Below, in pieces: positions 29,170 through 38,539 of a DNA stretch of 64,000 bases. A program made the translations under genes and the position numbers. Location: positions 1,947 through 65,946 of the forward strand of contig DATJXN010000012.1 in NCBI GenBank assembly GCA_035500095.1, given 5' to 3'. The notes beneath the pieces are model-generated. The model was not told the origin of the DNA and ran no database searches. It saw only the letters and a program-made list of their open reading frames with translations. How positions within the stretch are numbered: position 1 is the stretch's first letter; every line of letters begins with the position of its first letter. The DNA comes from Candidatus Binataceae bacterium. Lineage in GTDB: Bacteria; Desulfobacterota; Binatia; Binatales; Binataceae.

Positions 29170-29775
29170 ATGCTTAAGCTTTACGGCACTGCCAAATCGC
29201 GTTCGGCCCGTTGCTTGTGGGCGCTGGAGGAGCTGGGGCTCAAGTATGAGCACGTTCCGGTCGAGACCACCAAGGCTAAATCGCCCGAGCACCTGAGGAT
29301 CAACCCCAATGGGCACGTCCCGACGCTCGAGGATAACGGACAGATTTTCTGGGAGTCGATGGCGATCAATCTTTATCTCGCCGCCAAATACGGCCAGGCG
29401 CCATTCTGGCCCGAATCGCATGAAGATCGCGGCCACGCGGCCCAGTGGAGTTTCTGGGCCATGACCGAGGCGGAGCCGCACCTGATAACGATCCTGCGCA
29501 ACCGCTTGCTGTTGCCTGCCGAGCAGCGCAACGAACAGGCGGCAGCGGCGGCGATCGCGGCGATGGAAGCGCCGCTTAAGGTCCTCGACGGCGCGCTCAA
29601 GGGGCGCGACTATCTGCTCGGCAAGGATTTTACGATCGCCGACCTCAACCTGTCGTCGGTTTTGAGCTTCGCGATGTTCGTGAAGCTGGATATGTCGGCA
29701 ACGCCGGTGGCGCAGGCCTGGCTCGGCAAGTGCCTGGGACGCGACGGGTACAAGAAGGCGCGCAGCCTGCCGTGA
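29170..29775 (+). CDS. glutathione S-transferase
   Basis: MLKLYGTAKSRSARCLWALEELGLKYEHV...NPNGHVPTLEDNGQIFWESMAINLYL. GGAGG lies 6 nt upstream of ATG 29170. Confidence 0.85.
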   Translation: MLKLYGTAKSRSARCLWALEELGLKYEHVPVETTKAKSPEHLRINPNGHVPTLEDNGQIFWESMAINLYLAAKYGQAPFWPESHEDRGHAAQWSFWAMTEAEPHLITILRNRLLLPAEQRNEQAAAAAIAAMEAPLKVLDGALKGRDYLLGKDFTIADLNLSSVLSFAMFVKLDMSATPVAQAWLGKCLGRDGYKKARSLP

Positions 29776-29797
29776 TCTGCGCGAAGGGAGGGCCGTT

Positions 29798-30178
29798 ATG
29801 GATCGCGTTCATCTGCTCGATCTGAGTGCCCGCTTCGTCGAAGCGTTCAATCGCAACGACCTCGACGCGGTGATGGCGTTTTTCACCGAAGACGGCGTGT
29901 ACGACGAGTTCAATGGCCGGCGCAACGTGGGCAAGGCCGCGATTCGCGCGGCCTTCGAACCGCAATTCTCCGGCGCCTTCGGCGAGATGAAGTTCATCGA
30001 CGAGGATATGTTCGTCGACCCCGAGGCGGGCAAGGTGATGGCGAGTTGGCGCTGCACGCTGACCGTCAAGGGCGAGCCGACCTCGTGGCGCGGGCTCGAC
30101 CTGATGCACTTCAAGGGCGACAAGCTGGCGCAGAAGCTCACTTACGCCAAGACCAAGGTCCCGCTATTCCAGAGTTGA
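29798..30178 (+). CDS. SnoaL/NTF2-like fold protein
   Basis: 126 aa. FVEAFNRNDLDAVMAFFTEDGVYDE is the classic SnoaL-like N-terminus. Confidence 0.75.
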   Translation: MDRVHLLDLSARFVEAFNRNDLDAVMAFFTEDGVYDEFNGRRNVGKAAIRAAFEPQFSGAFGEMKFIDEDMFVDPEAGKVMASWRCTLTVKGEPTSWRGLDLMHFKGDKLAQKLTYAKTKVPLFQS

Positions 30179-30257
30179 GGCGCGAGCGCACGCGCTCCCG
30201 CGGGCTGTTATTTCGCGCCGCAAACCACCGGACAGGGGAGCGGACGCCAACCCGGCA

Positions 30258-32798
30258 ATGAGCGGGACCGCCTTCTGGCAGCGATCGACCGCGGCCCTGT
30301 TCGCGGAACTTGCGACCTCGGAAGACGGTCTGACTTCCGACGAGGCGGCGGCGCGGCTTGCGCGTTACGGCAACAACGACGCGGCTGCGCCGCGGCGCGG
30401 GCCTGCATGGCTCCGCTTCATCCAGCGCTTCGTCAACCCGCTGGTCGCCATTCTGCTGGTGGCGAGCGCGCTTTCCGCGCTGACGGGAGACGTCGCAAGC
30501 TTCATCATCATCGTCTGCATCGTGATGCTCTCGGTGCTGCTCGATTTCGTGCAGGAGCGCCGAGCTGAGAGCGCGGTGGATGAGTTGCGGGCGCAGGTGG
30601 CGCTGCGCACCGACGTGCGCCGCGACGGCAAGGAACAGGCACTGCCGGTCAGCGAAGTGGTCCCGGGCGACGTCGTCCGCCTTTCCGCCGGCGACCTGGT
30701 GCCGGCCGATGGGGTGCTGCTTGCGAGCCGCGATTTTTTCGTCAATCAGGCGCTGCTGACGGGAGAATCCCATCCGGTCGAGAAGCGCGCCGCGGCGGGC
30801 GGCGTCCCGGCGGCGGAAATCAGCGAAGCGCAAACCGTGGCGCTGGCCGGCACTTCCGTCATATCCGGAAGCGCGATGCTGCTCGTCTGCCGCACCGGAA
30901 GGCAGACAATGATCGGCCAGCTCGCCGACGCCCTGATCGCACGGCGTCCCCCCACCGCTTTCGAGATCGGGCTCCGCCAGTTCAGCATGCTGCTCCTGCG
31001 CATAACCGTGGTGCTCGTGGTGGTCGTTATGGCGGAGAACATGGCGTTCCACCGCCCCTGGATCGAGTCGCTGGTGTTTGCGCTGGCGCTCGCGGTCGGG
31101 CTCACGCCGGAGCTGTTGCCGATGATCATGACGATCAGCCTGGCACGCGGCGCGGTCCGCCTCTCGCGCGAGCGAGTGATCGTCAAGCGTCTGCCGGCCA
31201 TTTACAACCTCGGCGCGATGGACGTGCTGTGCACGGACAAGACCGGCACGCTGACCCAGGCGCGCATCGCGCTGACCAGGCACGTTGACGCCGCCGGCCG
31301 CGACAGCGAGCGCGTGCTTACGCTCGCCTGGCTGAACAGCCATTTCGAAAGCGGCCTGAAAAGCGCCCTGGACGACGCCATCCTTGCGCGCGGCGCGATC
31401 GACCCTTCGCCGTGGCGCAAAATAGACGAAGTACCGTTCGACTTCGAGCGCCGGCGCGTCTCGGTGCTGGTCGAATGCGGCGGTGAACGCACGCTGATCG
31501 TCAAAGGCGCTCCGGAGGATGTCATCCGCATTTCCACCCGCGTCGAGACCGCGGACGGCGCGAGCCAGGAACTGACGGATGCTCTGCGCGCTGCATTGCA
31601 CGCCAGCTTCGAGGAACTCAGCGCACAGGGTTTCCGCCTGCTCGGTATTGCGAGCCGCACGGGGCCGTCGAGTCAGACGACCTGCGTGCTCGGCGACGAA
31701 GCCGACCTGACGTTTGCCGGGTTCGCGGTCTTTCTCGATCCGCCCAAGGCGTCTGCGCGCACGGCGCTGTCGGCGCTCGCGGCGGCGGGCGTGGCGGTAA
31801 AGGTTCTCACCGGAGACAACGAGCAGGTCGCACGGCATCTGTGCGCCGAGCTCGGCTTCGATCCCGGGCGGGTGCTCACCGGGGCGGATCTGACAGCGCT
31901 CAGCGACGAGGCGCTGCTCGGATGCCTCGGCAACACGCGGCTCTTCTGCCGGGTGACGCCGCAACAGAAGCTCCGCGTGATCATGGCGCTCAAGCGCATG
32001 GGCCAGACGGTGGGTTTTCTGGGCGACGGCATCAATGACGCTCCCGCACTGCACGCGGCCGATGTGGGCATCTCCGTCGACGCCGCCGCGGACGTGGCCA
32101 AGGCGGCGGCCGAGCTTATCCTGCTGGAGCAGGATCTGGGCGTGGTGCACGAAGGCGTGATGGAAGGGCGGCGCACGGTCGTGAACACCGCCAAGTACCT
32201 GCTGATGGCGAGCAGCGCCAATTTCGGGAATATCTTCAGCATGGTGCTGGCCGGACTGATCCTGCCATTTCTGCCGCTTCTGCCGATCCAGGTGCTGCTG
32301 ACCAATCTCATCTACGACCTCGCGCAGTCCGGATTGCCGCTCGACAATGTCGATCCCGAAGCTGTCGAGCGGCCGCTACATTGGGAGAGCAAGCTCATCG
32401 AACGTTTCATGATCGTGATGGGACCGATCAGCACGGTGTTCGACCTGATGACCTTTGCCGTGCTGGTCCTGTTCTTTAGGGCTGACGTGGCTTTGTTTCG
32501 CACCGGATGGTTCATCGAATCGCTGGTGACGCAGATCGTGATGATTTTCGCGGTGCGTACCCGCCGCCACATGTTTGCGAGCCATCCGCATCCGGCCGTA
32601 GCCGGTCTCGCGTTCGGTACCGCAGTGCTTACCTTGGCTTTGCCGTTCCTTCCGCGGATCGGCCAGTGGTTCGAGTTCGTGCATCCGTCCGCCGCCTATT
32701 TTGCGTATCTAGTGGCCGTCGTCGCGGGTTTTCTCCTGGCGGTCGAGGTCGTCAAGCGGATGTTTTTCGCGCGCATGTGGTATAAAGCGGCACCCTGA
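30258..32798 (+). CDS. mgtA: magnesium-translocating P-type ATPase
   Basis: 846 aa. CTDKTGTLT phosphorylation site, TGDN, GDGINDAPAL. The length and N-terminal GLTSDEAAARLARYGNN fit the MgtA/MgtB type. Confidence 0.85.
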   Translation: MSGTAFWQRSTAALFAELATSEDGLTSDEAAARLARYGNNDAAAPRRGPAWLRFIQRFVNPLVAILLVASALSALTGDVASFIIIVCIVMLSVLLDFVQERRAESAVDELRAQVALRTDVRRDGKEQALPVSEVVPGDVVRLSAGDLVPADGVLLASRDFFVNQALLTGESHPVEKRAAAGGVPAAEISEAQTVALAGTSVISGSAMLLVCRTGRQTMIGQLADALIARRPPTAFEIGLRQFSMLLLRITVVLVVVVMAENMAFHRPWIESLVFALALAVGLTPELLPMIMTISLARGAVRLSRERVIVKRLPAIYNLGAMDVLCTDKTGTLTQARIALTRHVDAAGRDSERVLTLAWLNSHFESGLKSALDDAILARGAIDPSPWRKIDEVPFDFERRRVSVLVECGGERTLIVKGAPEDVIRISTRVETADGASQELTDALRAALHASFEELSAQGFRLLGIASRTGPSSQTTCVLGDEADLTFAGFAVFLDPPKASARTALSALAAAGVAVKVLTGDNEQVARHLCAELGFDPGRVLTGADLTALSDEALLGCLGNTRLFCRVTPQQKLRVIMALKRMGQTVGFLGDGINDAPALHAADVGISVDAAADVAKAAAELILLEQDLGVVHEGVMEGRRTVVNTAKYLLMASSANFGNIFSMVLAGLILPFLPLLPIQVLLTNLIYDLAQSGLPLDNVDPEAVERPLHWESKLIERFMIVMGPISTVFDLMTFAVLVLFFRADVALFRTGWFIESLVTQIVMIFAVRTRRHMFASHPHPAVAGLAFGTAVLTLALPFLPRIGQWFEFVHPSAAYFAYLVAVVAGFLLAVEVVKRMFFARMWYKAAP

Positions 32799-32911
32799 CG
32801 CGCATCGCGCCGCCGACCGCCGCCACCGCGCAAGGAACCTTCGCGCGAGCCTTTGACAGCCGCGCGCGATCAGGCTTGAGTACCAGTTAGCCACGCAGGG
32901 AGGCATCCGTC

Positions 32912-34090
32912 ATGGGAGTTTTGTCCGGCTACAAAATCGTTGAGTTCGCGGGCATCGGCCCCGCACCGATGTGCGCGATGCTGCTCTCGGACATGGGCGC
33001 CGAAGTCCTGCGCCTGGACCGCGCCGAGGATGCCAACCTCGGAATCAATACCGAGTCGAAGTACAACCTTCTCGGCCGCGGGCGCCGCTCGGTCGCGGTC
33101 GATCTCAAGCGGCGCGAAGGCACCGAAGTCGCGCTCAAGTTGATCGAGCGCGCCGACGCGCTGATCGAGGGATTCCGGCCAGGCGTGATGGAACGCCTGG
33201 GACTCGGCCCCGACGTCTGCCTGGCGCGCAATCCAAAGCTGGTTTACGGCCGGATGACCGGATGGGGGCAGGACGGCCCGCTCGCGTTCGCTGCCGGGCA
33301 TGACATCAACTACATCGCGCTCACCGGCGCGCTTCATTCGATCGGGCGGCGCGGCGAGGCGCCCGTGCCGCCGCTCAACCTGGTCGGCGACTTCGGTGGC
33401 GGCGGCGTGTACCTCGCGCTGGGCGTGGTCGCGGGAATGCTCGAGGCGCAGAGATCGAGCAAGGGCCAGGTGATCGACGTCGCGATGATCGACGGCGCGT
33501 CATCGCTGATGGCCGGGATTTACGGCCTGCGCGGCGCCGGCGTTTGGAACGACAATCGCGGCGAAAACATCCTCGACACCGGCGCACACTACTACAACGT
33601 TTACGAAACCAGCGACGGCAAGTATATCTCGATCGGTTCGATCGAGGCCAAGTTTTACGCCGAACTGCTGCGGCTCACGGGGCTGGAGGGCGAGAAGCTG
33701 CCGCGCCAGAACGATCGCGCGCAATGGCCCGCGTTCCAGGAACGGCTCAAGGCGCTGTTCAAGACCAAGACTCGCGACCAATGGTGCGCGATCATGGAAG
33801 GCAGCGAAATCTGCTTCGCGCCCGTGCTGACGATGACCGAGGCGCCGCAGCATCCGCACAACCGCCATCGCGGCACCTTCGTCGAGATCGACGGCGTGGT
33901 GCAGCCGGCGCCCGCGCCGCGCTTCAGCCGCACGCCGAGCAAGATCCAGCGTCCGCCGGCGCGTCCCGGCGAGCATACCGAGGAAGGCCTGCAGGCGTGG
34001 GGTTTCAGCGCGGCCGAGCTCGAACAGCTGCGCGCAAGCGGCGCGATCGGCGTGCGCGACGCGCAGCCGAAGGCGGCCGCCGGAAGTTAA
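32912..34090 (+). CDS. family III CoA-transferase (CaiB/BaiF; alpha-methylacyl-CoA racemase-like)
   Basis: MGVLSGYKIVEFAGIGPAPMCAMLLSDMGAEVLRLDR and GFRPGVMERLGLGPD. GGGAGG RBS. Confidence 0.88.
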   Translation: MGVLSGYKIVEFAGIGPAPMCAMLLSDMGAEVLRLDRAEDANLGINTESKYNLLGRGRRSVAVDLKRREGTEVALKLIERADALIEGFRPGVMERLGLGPDVCLARNPKLVYGRMTGWGQDGPLAFAAGHDINYIALTGALHSIGRRGEAPVPPLNLVGDFGGGGVYLALGVVAGMLEAQRSSKGQVIDVAMIDGASSLMAGIYGLRGAGVWNDNRGENILDTGAHYYNVYETSDGKYISIGSIEAKFYAELLRLTGLEGEKLPRQNDRAQWPAFQERLKALFKTKTRDQWCAIMEGSEICFAPVLTMTEAPQHPHNRHRGTFVEIDGVVQPAPAPRFSRTPSKIQRPPARPGEHTEEGLQAWGFSAAELEQLRASGAIGVRDAQPKAAAGS

Positions 34091-34121
34091 GGTCGCGGCG
34101 CCGCGCGCGGCGGCCGATAGC

Positions 34122-34808
34122 TCATCGCGCCGCGAGCAGCGCCGCCAGGTCACAGCCGACGAGATCGCCGATCCGCTCAACGGTGATGTCGGCCGGCGGG
34201 TAGCTCGCGACGTCGGCGGCGTGCGCATAGTGGCCCTGACGCGGAAAGACCGTGGTCACCCGCTCGCCCCACACTTTTTTGACCGACGCCAGGATTCGCA
34301 CCTTGTCGTCGACGAGCACGTAGTGTTCCGCCGGATAGAGCGTCTCGACTTCCGCAAGTTCCTGCTCCTTGTGGATGTAAATCAGCACGCGTCCCTCGAC
34401 CGCCTCGAAGAGCCCCGAGCGCCTGACCTTGCGCGGCTGAAACACCACGTCGCCGTCGGACAGGATGACGGTCGGTCCGAAGGCGGAGAGATGCGCGACC
34501 GCGTCAAGCGAACCGGGATAGAGCCGGTTGGCGAACGGATAATCGACCAGGTACGCGGAAACCTCGTAAAGATGCGTATCGTGGGGATGCTCGACGCGGT
34601 AGCGCTGCAGCGCGCCCAGGTAGTCGGCGTAGCCGAGTTCTTGTCGCAGTTCTTCAAAGATGGCCCAGTAGCGTTCCTGCGGATCCTTGCCGACCTCGCG
34701 CGTCAGATGGCGGCGCAAGTCGTCGGCCACGCGATCGTTGTCGAGCAGGGTGTTGTCGACATCGAGCAGGAACACGACCGGGACTGGAGCATTCGATGAC
34801 GCCGGCAT
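34122..34808 (-). CDS. HAD-superfamily hydrolase
   Basis: DxDxT motif in VVFLLDVDNTLLDND; 228 aa. Confidence 0.75.
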   Translation of the reverse strand: MPASSNAPVPVVFLLDVDNTLLDNDRVADDLRRHLTREVGKDPQERYWAIFEELRQELGYADYLGALQRYRVEHPHDTHLYEVSAYLVDYPFANRLYPGSLDAVAHLSAFGPTVILSDGDVVFQPRKVRRSGLFEAVEGRVLIYIHKEQELAEVETLYPAEHYVLVDDKVRILASVKKVWGERVTTVFPRQGHYAHAADVASYPPADITVERIGDLVGCDLAALLAAR

Positions 34809-34978
34809 AACTCCTCGCGGGGCGAAATCGCGCCCGCCAATAAGATCGCAGGCGGCGGCGGTTGCAACAAGATCGCACGCGCTTCTCGCGCCTGCGATTT
34901 TGCGCTATCTGGCGTCATGGCCGGCGGCGTGCGCATCGTCGGCCCGTCCTAAGCAGTCGAGCGCAACGGAGGTTCCGG

Positions 34979-36556
34979 ATGAAACGCGAGGTCCCCGAGA
35001 AGGAAAGTGAACGCCGCACAGCGCGGCCGTTTACCGGCAAGCAATTCCTGGAAAGCATCCGGGATTCGCGCGAGGTCTGGATCTACGGCGAACGGGTCAA
35101 GGACGTGACCACTCATCCTGCGTTCCGCAACTCGGCGCGGATGCTGGCGCGGATGTACGACGCGCTGCACGATCCGCAAAAGAGTCCCGTGCTCACCGCG
35201 CCCACCGATACCGGCAACGGCGGCTTCACGCACAAGTTCTACAAGGTCCCGCGCAGCGCCGAGGACCTGGTGGGCGCGCGCGACGCGATCGCCGAGTGGG
35301 CGCGAGTTTCATACGGATGGCTCGGGCGATCGCCGGATTACAAGGCGAGCCTCACCGGCACGCTGGGCGCCAACGCCGAGTTTTACGCCCCATACCAGGC
35401 GAACGCCTTGCGATGGTACCGGGAGGCGCAGGAGAAGTGCCTCTTCCTCAACCATGCGCTGGTCAATCCGCCCACCGACCGCAGCAAATCGCCCGACGAG
35501 GTGACTGACGTCCTGGCGCACGTCGAGAAGGAAACCGACGCCGGCGTGGTCGTCAGCGGGGCCAAGGTCGTCGCGACCGGCTCGGCGCTGACGCATTACA
35601 ACTTCATCGGCTTTTACGGCCCGACCCCGCTCGGCAAGCCCGAACTCGCAATTTTCGCGATGATCCCGATGGACGCGCGCGGAGTCAAACTCGTCTGCCG
35701 TCCGTCGTACGAATTGATGGCGGCGACGATGGGGAGTCCTTTCGACTATCCGCTCTCCTCGCGGCTGGACGAGAACGACGCCGTGCTCATCCTCGACAAG
35801 GTGCTGGTGCCGTGGGAGAACCTGTTCGTTTACCGCGACGTGGAAAAGGCCAACACTTTTTTTCCGCGCTCAGGTTTTATCCCGCGGTTCACGCTTCATG
35901 GATGCACGCGGCTTGCGGTGAAGCTCGATTTTCTCGCGGGGCTGATTCTAAAGGCGATCGATGCGATCGGATCGAGGGAATTGCGCTCGGCGCAGGTGCA
36001 AGCCGGCGAAGTGCTGGCGTGGCGCAACGTGTTCTGGGGGTTGACCGACGCGATGGCGCGCACGCCCGACCCGTGGATGAGCGGTACGGTGCTGCCCAAG
36101 GCGGAGTACGGGATGGCGTACCGCTTCCTTGCGACCACCGCGTATCCGCGGATCAAGGAAATCGCCGAGCAGACGATCTCGAGCGGCCTCATCTATCTCA
36201 ATTCTCACGCCGCCGATTTCAAGAATCCGGAGTTGCGTCCGTTCCTCGACAAATACCTGCGCGGCTCCAACGGCTACGACGCGCTCGAGCGGGTCAAGTT
36301 GCTGAAGGTGCTGTGGGACGCGATCGGAAGCGAGTTCGGCGGACGCCACGAACTTTACGAGCGTAACTATGCGGGCAACTACGAGAATATAAGGCTCGAG
36401 AACCTGCCGATGGCGCTCGCGACCGGCCGCGCGGACGAATTGACGAGCTTCGTGGATCGATGCATGGCCGAGTATGATCTGGACGGATGGAAAGCGCCGG
36501 ACCTGATTAATCCTACCGACGTGAACGTGATCATGAAGAAGGCGAAGGGTGGTTGA
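34979..36556 (+). CDS. 4-hydroxyphenylacetate 3-monooxygenase (HpaB) family oxygenase component
   Basis: [50 protein letters not shown] is a typical HpaB N-terminus. ATG 34979 follows ACGGAGG. The track start at 34862 adds junk. Confidence 0.85.
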   Translation: MKREVPEKESERRTARPFTGKQFLESIRDSREVWIYGERVKDVTTHPAFRNSARMLARMYDALHDPQKSPVLTAPTDTGNGGFTHKFYKVPRSAEDLVGARDAIAEWARVSYGWLGRSPDYKASLTGTLGANAEFYAPYQANALRWYREAQEKCLFLNHALVNPPTDRSKSPDEVTDVLAHVEKETDAGVVVSGAKVVATGSALTHYNFIGFYGPTPLGKPELAIFAMIPMDARGVKLVCRPSYELMAATMGSPFDYPLSSRLDENDAVLILDKVLVPWENLFVYRDVEKANTFFPRSGFIPRFTLHGCTRLAVKLDFLAGLILKAIDAIGSRELRSAQVQAGEVLAWRNVFWGLTDAMARTPDPWMSGTVLPKAEYGMAYRFLATTAYPRIKEIAEQTISSGLIYLNSHAADFKNPELRPFLDKYLRGSNGYDALERVKLLKVLWDAIGSEFGGRHELYERNYAGNYENIRLENLPMALATGRADELTSFVDRCMAEYDLDGWKAPDLINPTDVNVIMKKAKGG

Positions 36557-36583
36557 AATCGGCGAGCGAGTCGAGGCCGCGAA

Positions 36584-37498
36584 ATGGCGATGAAATATCA
36601 CGCCGGTGAAATCGCGGTGCAGAGGAAAGCCGGCGTGCGCCGTCAGGCCGACAGGCTGGCTGCCGGGATCCGCGGCGTCATGTCGCCCGATCGTGCGGAA
36701 TATGTCGTCGAGCAACGCTTCGCCGTGCTTGGAACTGTCGATCGGCGCGGCTATGTGTGGGCCTCGGTCGTCACCGGCAAGGCGGGATTCATACAGGCGC
36801 TCGACGAACGGACAATCCGGATCGCGGCCGCTCCGGCCGCCGGCGATCCCTTGGCGGAAAACCTCGCGCGGGCGGGGCACGCCGCGGTAATCGTTCCCGA
36901 CCTGGCCTTGCGGCGAAGACTCAGGCTTAACGGGACAGGCCGGATCGCGGGCGGCATCATCGAGATTCGGGCCGAACAGATTTTTGGCAACTGCTCGCAT
37001 TACATCCAGTCCCGCGCGCCGGTCGGCGAGCGTCAATGGAAGACGGGCGACGCAGGCGCCGTGCGCGCATCCGAGCTTTCATCCGAGCATCAGCGGCTGA
37101 TCGCGTCCGCCGACACGCTTTTCATCGCTACCGATGATCCTGATACCGGCGCGCCGGAGTCGGGCGCCGACGTGTCGCATCGCGGCGGCAATCCCGGCTT
37201 CGTGCGCGCCGTGTCGAGCCGCCGCCTCGCGATTCCCGACTACGCGGGCAACAACATGTTCAACACGCTCGGCAATATCGCGGTAAATCCGCGCGTCGGG
37301 TTGCTGTTCATCAGCTTCGAGAGCGGGCGCACGCTTCAGCTAAGCGGACGCGCGGCGATCGATTGGGACAAGGCACGCGCGGCGACGCTGGCTGGCGCGG
37401 CCCGGATCATCGATTTCGAGCTCGACGAGACCGTCGATAATACGCACGGGTTCCCGCTGCTCTACGAATTCCACGAATATTCGCATTTTAATCCGTAG
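36584..37498 (+). CDS. pyridoxamine 5'-phosphate oxidase-family (FMN-binding split-barrel) protein, two-lobed, 304 aa
   Basis: MAMKYHAGEIAVQRKAGV...VVEQRFAVLGTVDRRGYVWASVVTG, and a second lobe with GNNMFNTLGNIAVNPRVGLLFISF. Confidence 0.7.
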   Translation: MAMKYHAGEIAVQRKAGVRRQADRLAAGIRGVMSPDRAEYVVEQRFAVLGTVDRRGYVWASVVTGKAGFIQALDERTIRIAAAPAAGDPLAENLARAGHAAVIVPDLALRRRLRLNGTGRIAGGIIEIRAEQIFGNCSHYIQSRAPVGERQWKTGDAGAVRASELSSEHQRLIASADTLFIATDDPDTGAPESGADVSHRGGNPGFVRAVSSRRLAIPDYAGNNMFNTLGNIAVNPRVGLLFISFESGRTLQLSGRAAIDWDKARAATLAGAARIIDFELDETVDNTHGFPLLYEFHEYSHFNP

Positions 37499-37527
37499 TA
37501 GCGAGTCGCGCCGAAGCCTCTGTAAAG

Positions 37528-37558
37528 AAAAAAAGCGGCGGAACTTTCGTCCCGCCGC
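37528..37558 (-). terminator. rho-independent terminator of the carboxylase-MBL transcription unit
   Basis: On the minus strand: GCGGCGG-10 nt loop-CCGCCGC (37558-37535), followed directly by TTTTTTT (the plus-strand A7 run, 37528-37534). It lies 26 nt downstream of the MBL stop. Confidence 0.7.
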
Positions 37559-37583
37559 CTTAGCAGTCGCAGTTGCCGAGCGG

Positions 37584-38435
37584 CTAAGCCACGAAGCGGA
37601 AACCGCCGTTGCGGCGCACGATATGCCCCGAAGTCGGGCCGGCGAAATGCGTGCCGATGACGTGCACGGGCTGGTCGCAATAGCGCTCGACGAACTTCTT
37701 GCGCGTGTCGGACGCCATCGTGGGGTCGGTGTCGAACTCGCAAACCCATTCCGGATGGGCGACCTGAATCGGATGGTGGATCATGTCGCCGGTGATGACC
37801 GCGTTCTCGCCGCGCGACGAAATCCGCACGCTGGTATGACCCGGGGTATGGCCGGGCGTGGATTCGAGCCAGACCTCGCCGGTCAGCTTGCGCTCCGGCT
37901 CGACCAGTTCGGCCAATCCGGCCTCGATCACCGGTCGCACCGAGTCTTCTATCGGCTTCTGGAAGTCGGCGCTGCCTTCGTATTTCTTCCAGTGATCCCA
38001 CTCGCGATCGCGCATCATGTACTTGGCCTTGGGGAAGGTCGGCACCCAGTTCCCGTTGACCAGCATCGTGTTCCATCCGACGTGATCGAGATGAAGATGC
38101 GTGCAGACGACGGTATCGATCGATTCGCGCGCGACGCCCGCCTTCTGCATGTCGGAAAGGAACGGCGTGTGCAGGTTGTTGAAGTCGGCAAAGCCCGGAC
38201 GCGGCTTGTCGTTGCCGACGCAGGTGTCGACCAGGATGCGGCGCCCTTCGGACTCGACCAACAGGGCGTGGATGCTAAGCAGGATTTTGTTGCTGTCGTC
38301 GAGGAAGGGGCTCAGCCACTCGCGCTCGTTCTTGAGCGCATCGACTGTCGCATTAGCCGTGATCATCGTGCCGGGCCAGTGCGGTTCCTGCTCGCGCAGC
38401 AGGGTGATTTTGACGTCTCCGATATTCCAATGCAT
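37584..38435 (-). CDS. MBL-fold metallo-hydrolase
   Basis: HxHxDH motif CTHLHLDHVGW. ATG 38435 with GGAGG 8 nt upstream. Confidence 0.85.
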   Translation of the reverse strand: MHWNIGDVKITLLREQEPHWPGTMITANATVDALKNEREWLSPFLDDSNKILLSIHALLVESEGRRILVDTCVGNDKPRPGFADFNNLHTPFLSDMQKAGVARESIDTVVCTHLHLDHVGWNTMLVNGNWVPTFPKAKYMMRDREWDHWKKYEGSADFQKPIEDSVRPVIEAGLAELVEPERKLTGEVWLESTPGHTPGHTSVRISSRGENAVITGDMIHHPIQVAHPEWVCEFDTDPTMASDTRKKFVERYCDQPVHVIGTHFAGPTSGHIVRRNGGFRFVA

Positions 38436-38539
38436 GGCGCAAACCTCCACGGTTGTTAGGGCGCTACCTTAACCCGACTCGCCCGACGGCGGCAATCGAA
38501 AACTCGCAGCCGGGCCCGCGGCCCCCAAAACGCCCGCGC

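Noticed and set aside
30138-32150. 670-aa minus-strand ORF
   Set aside because: Antisense to mgtA, which has unambiguous P-type ATPase motifs.
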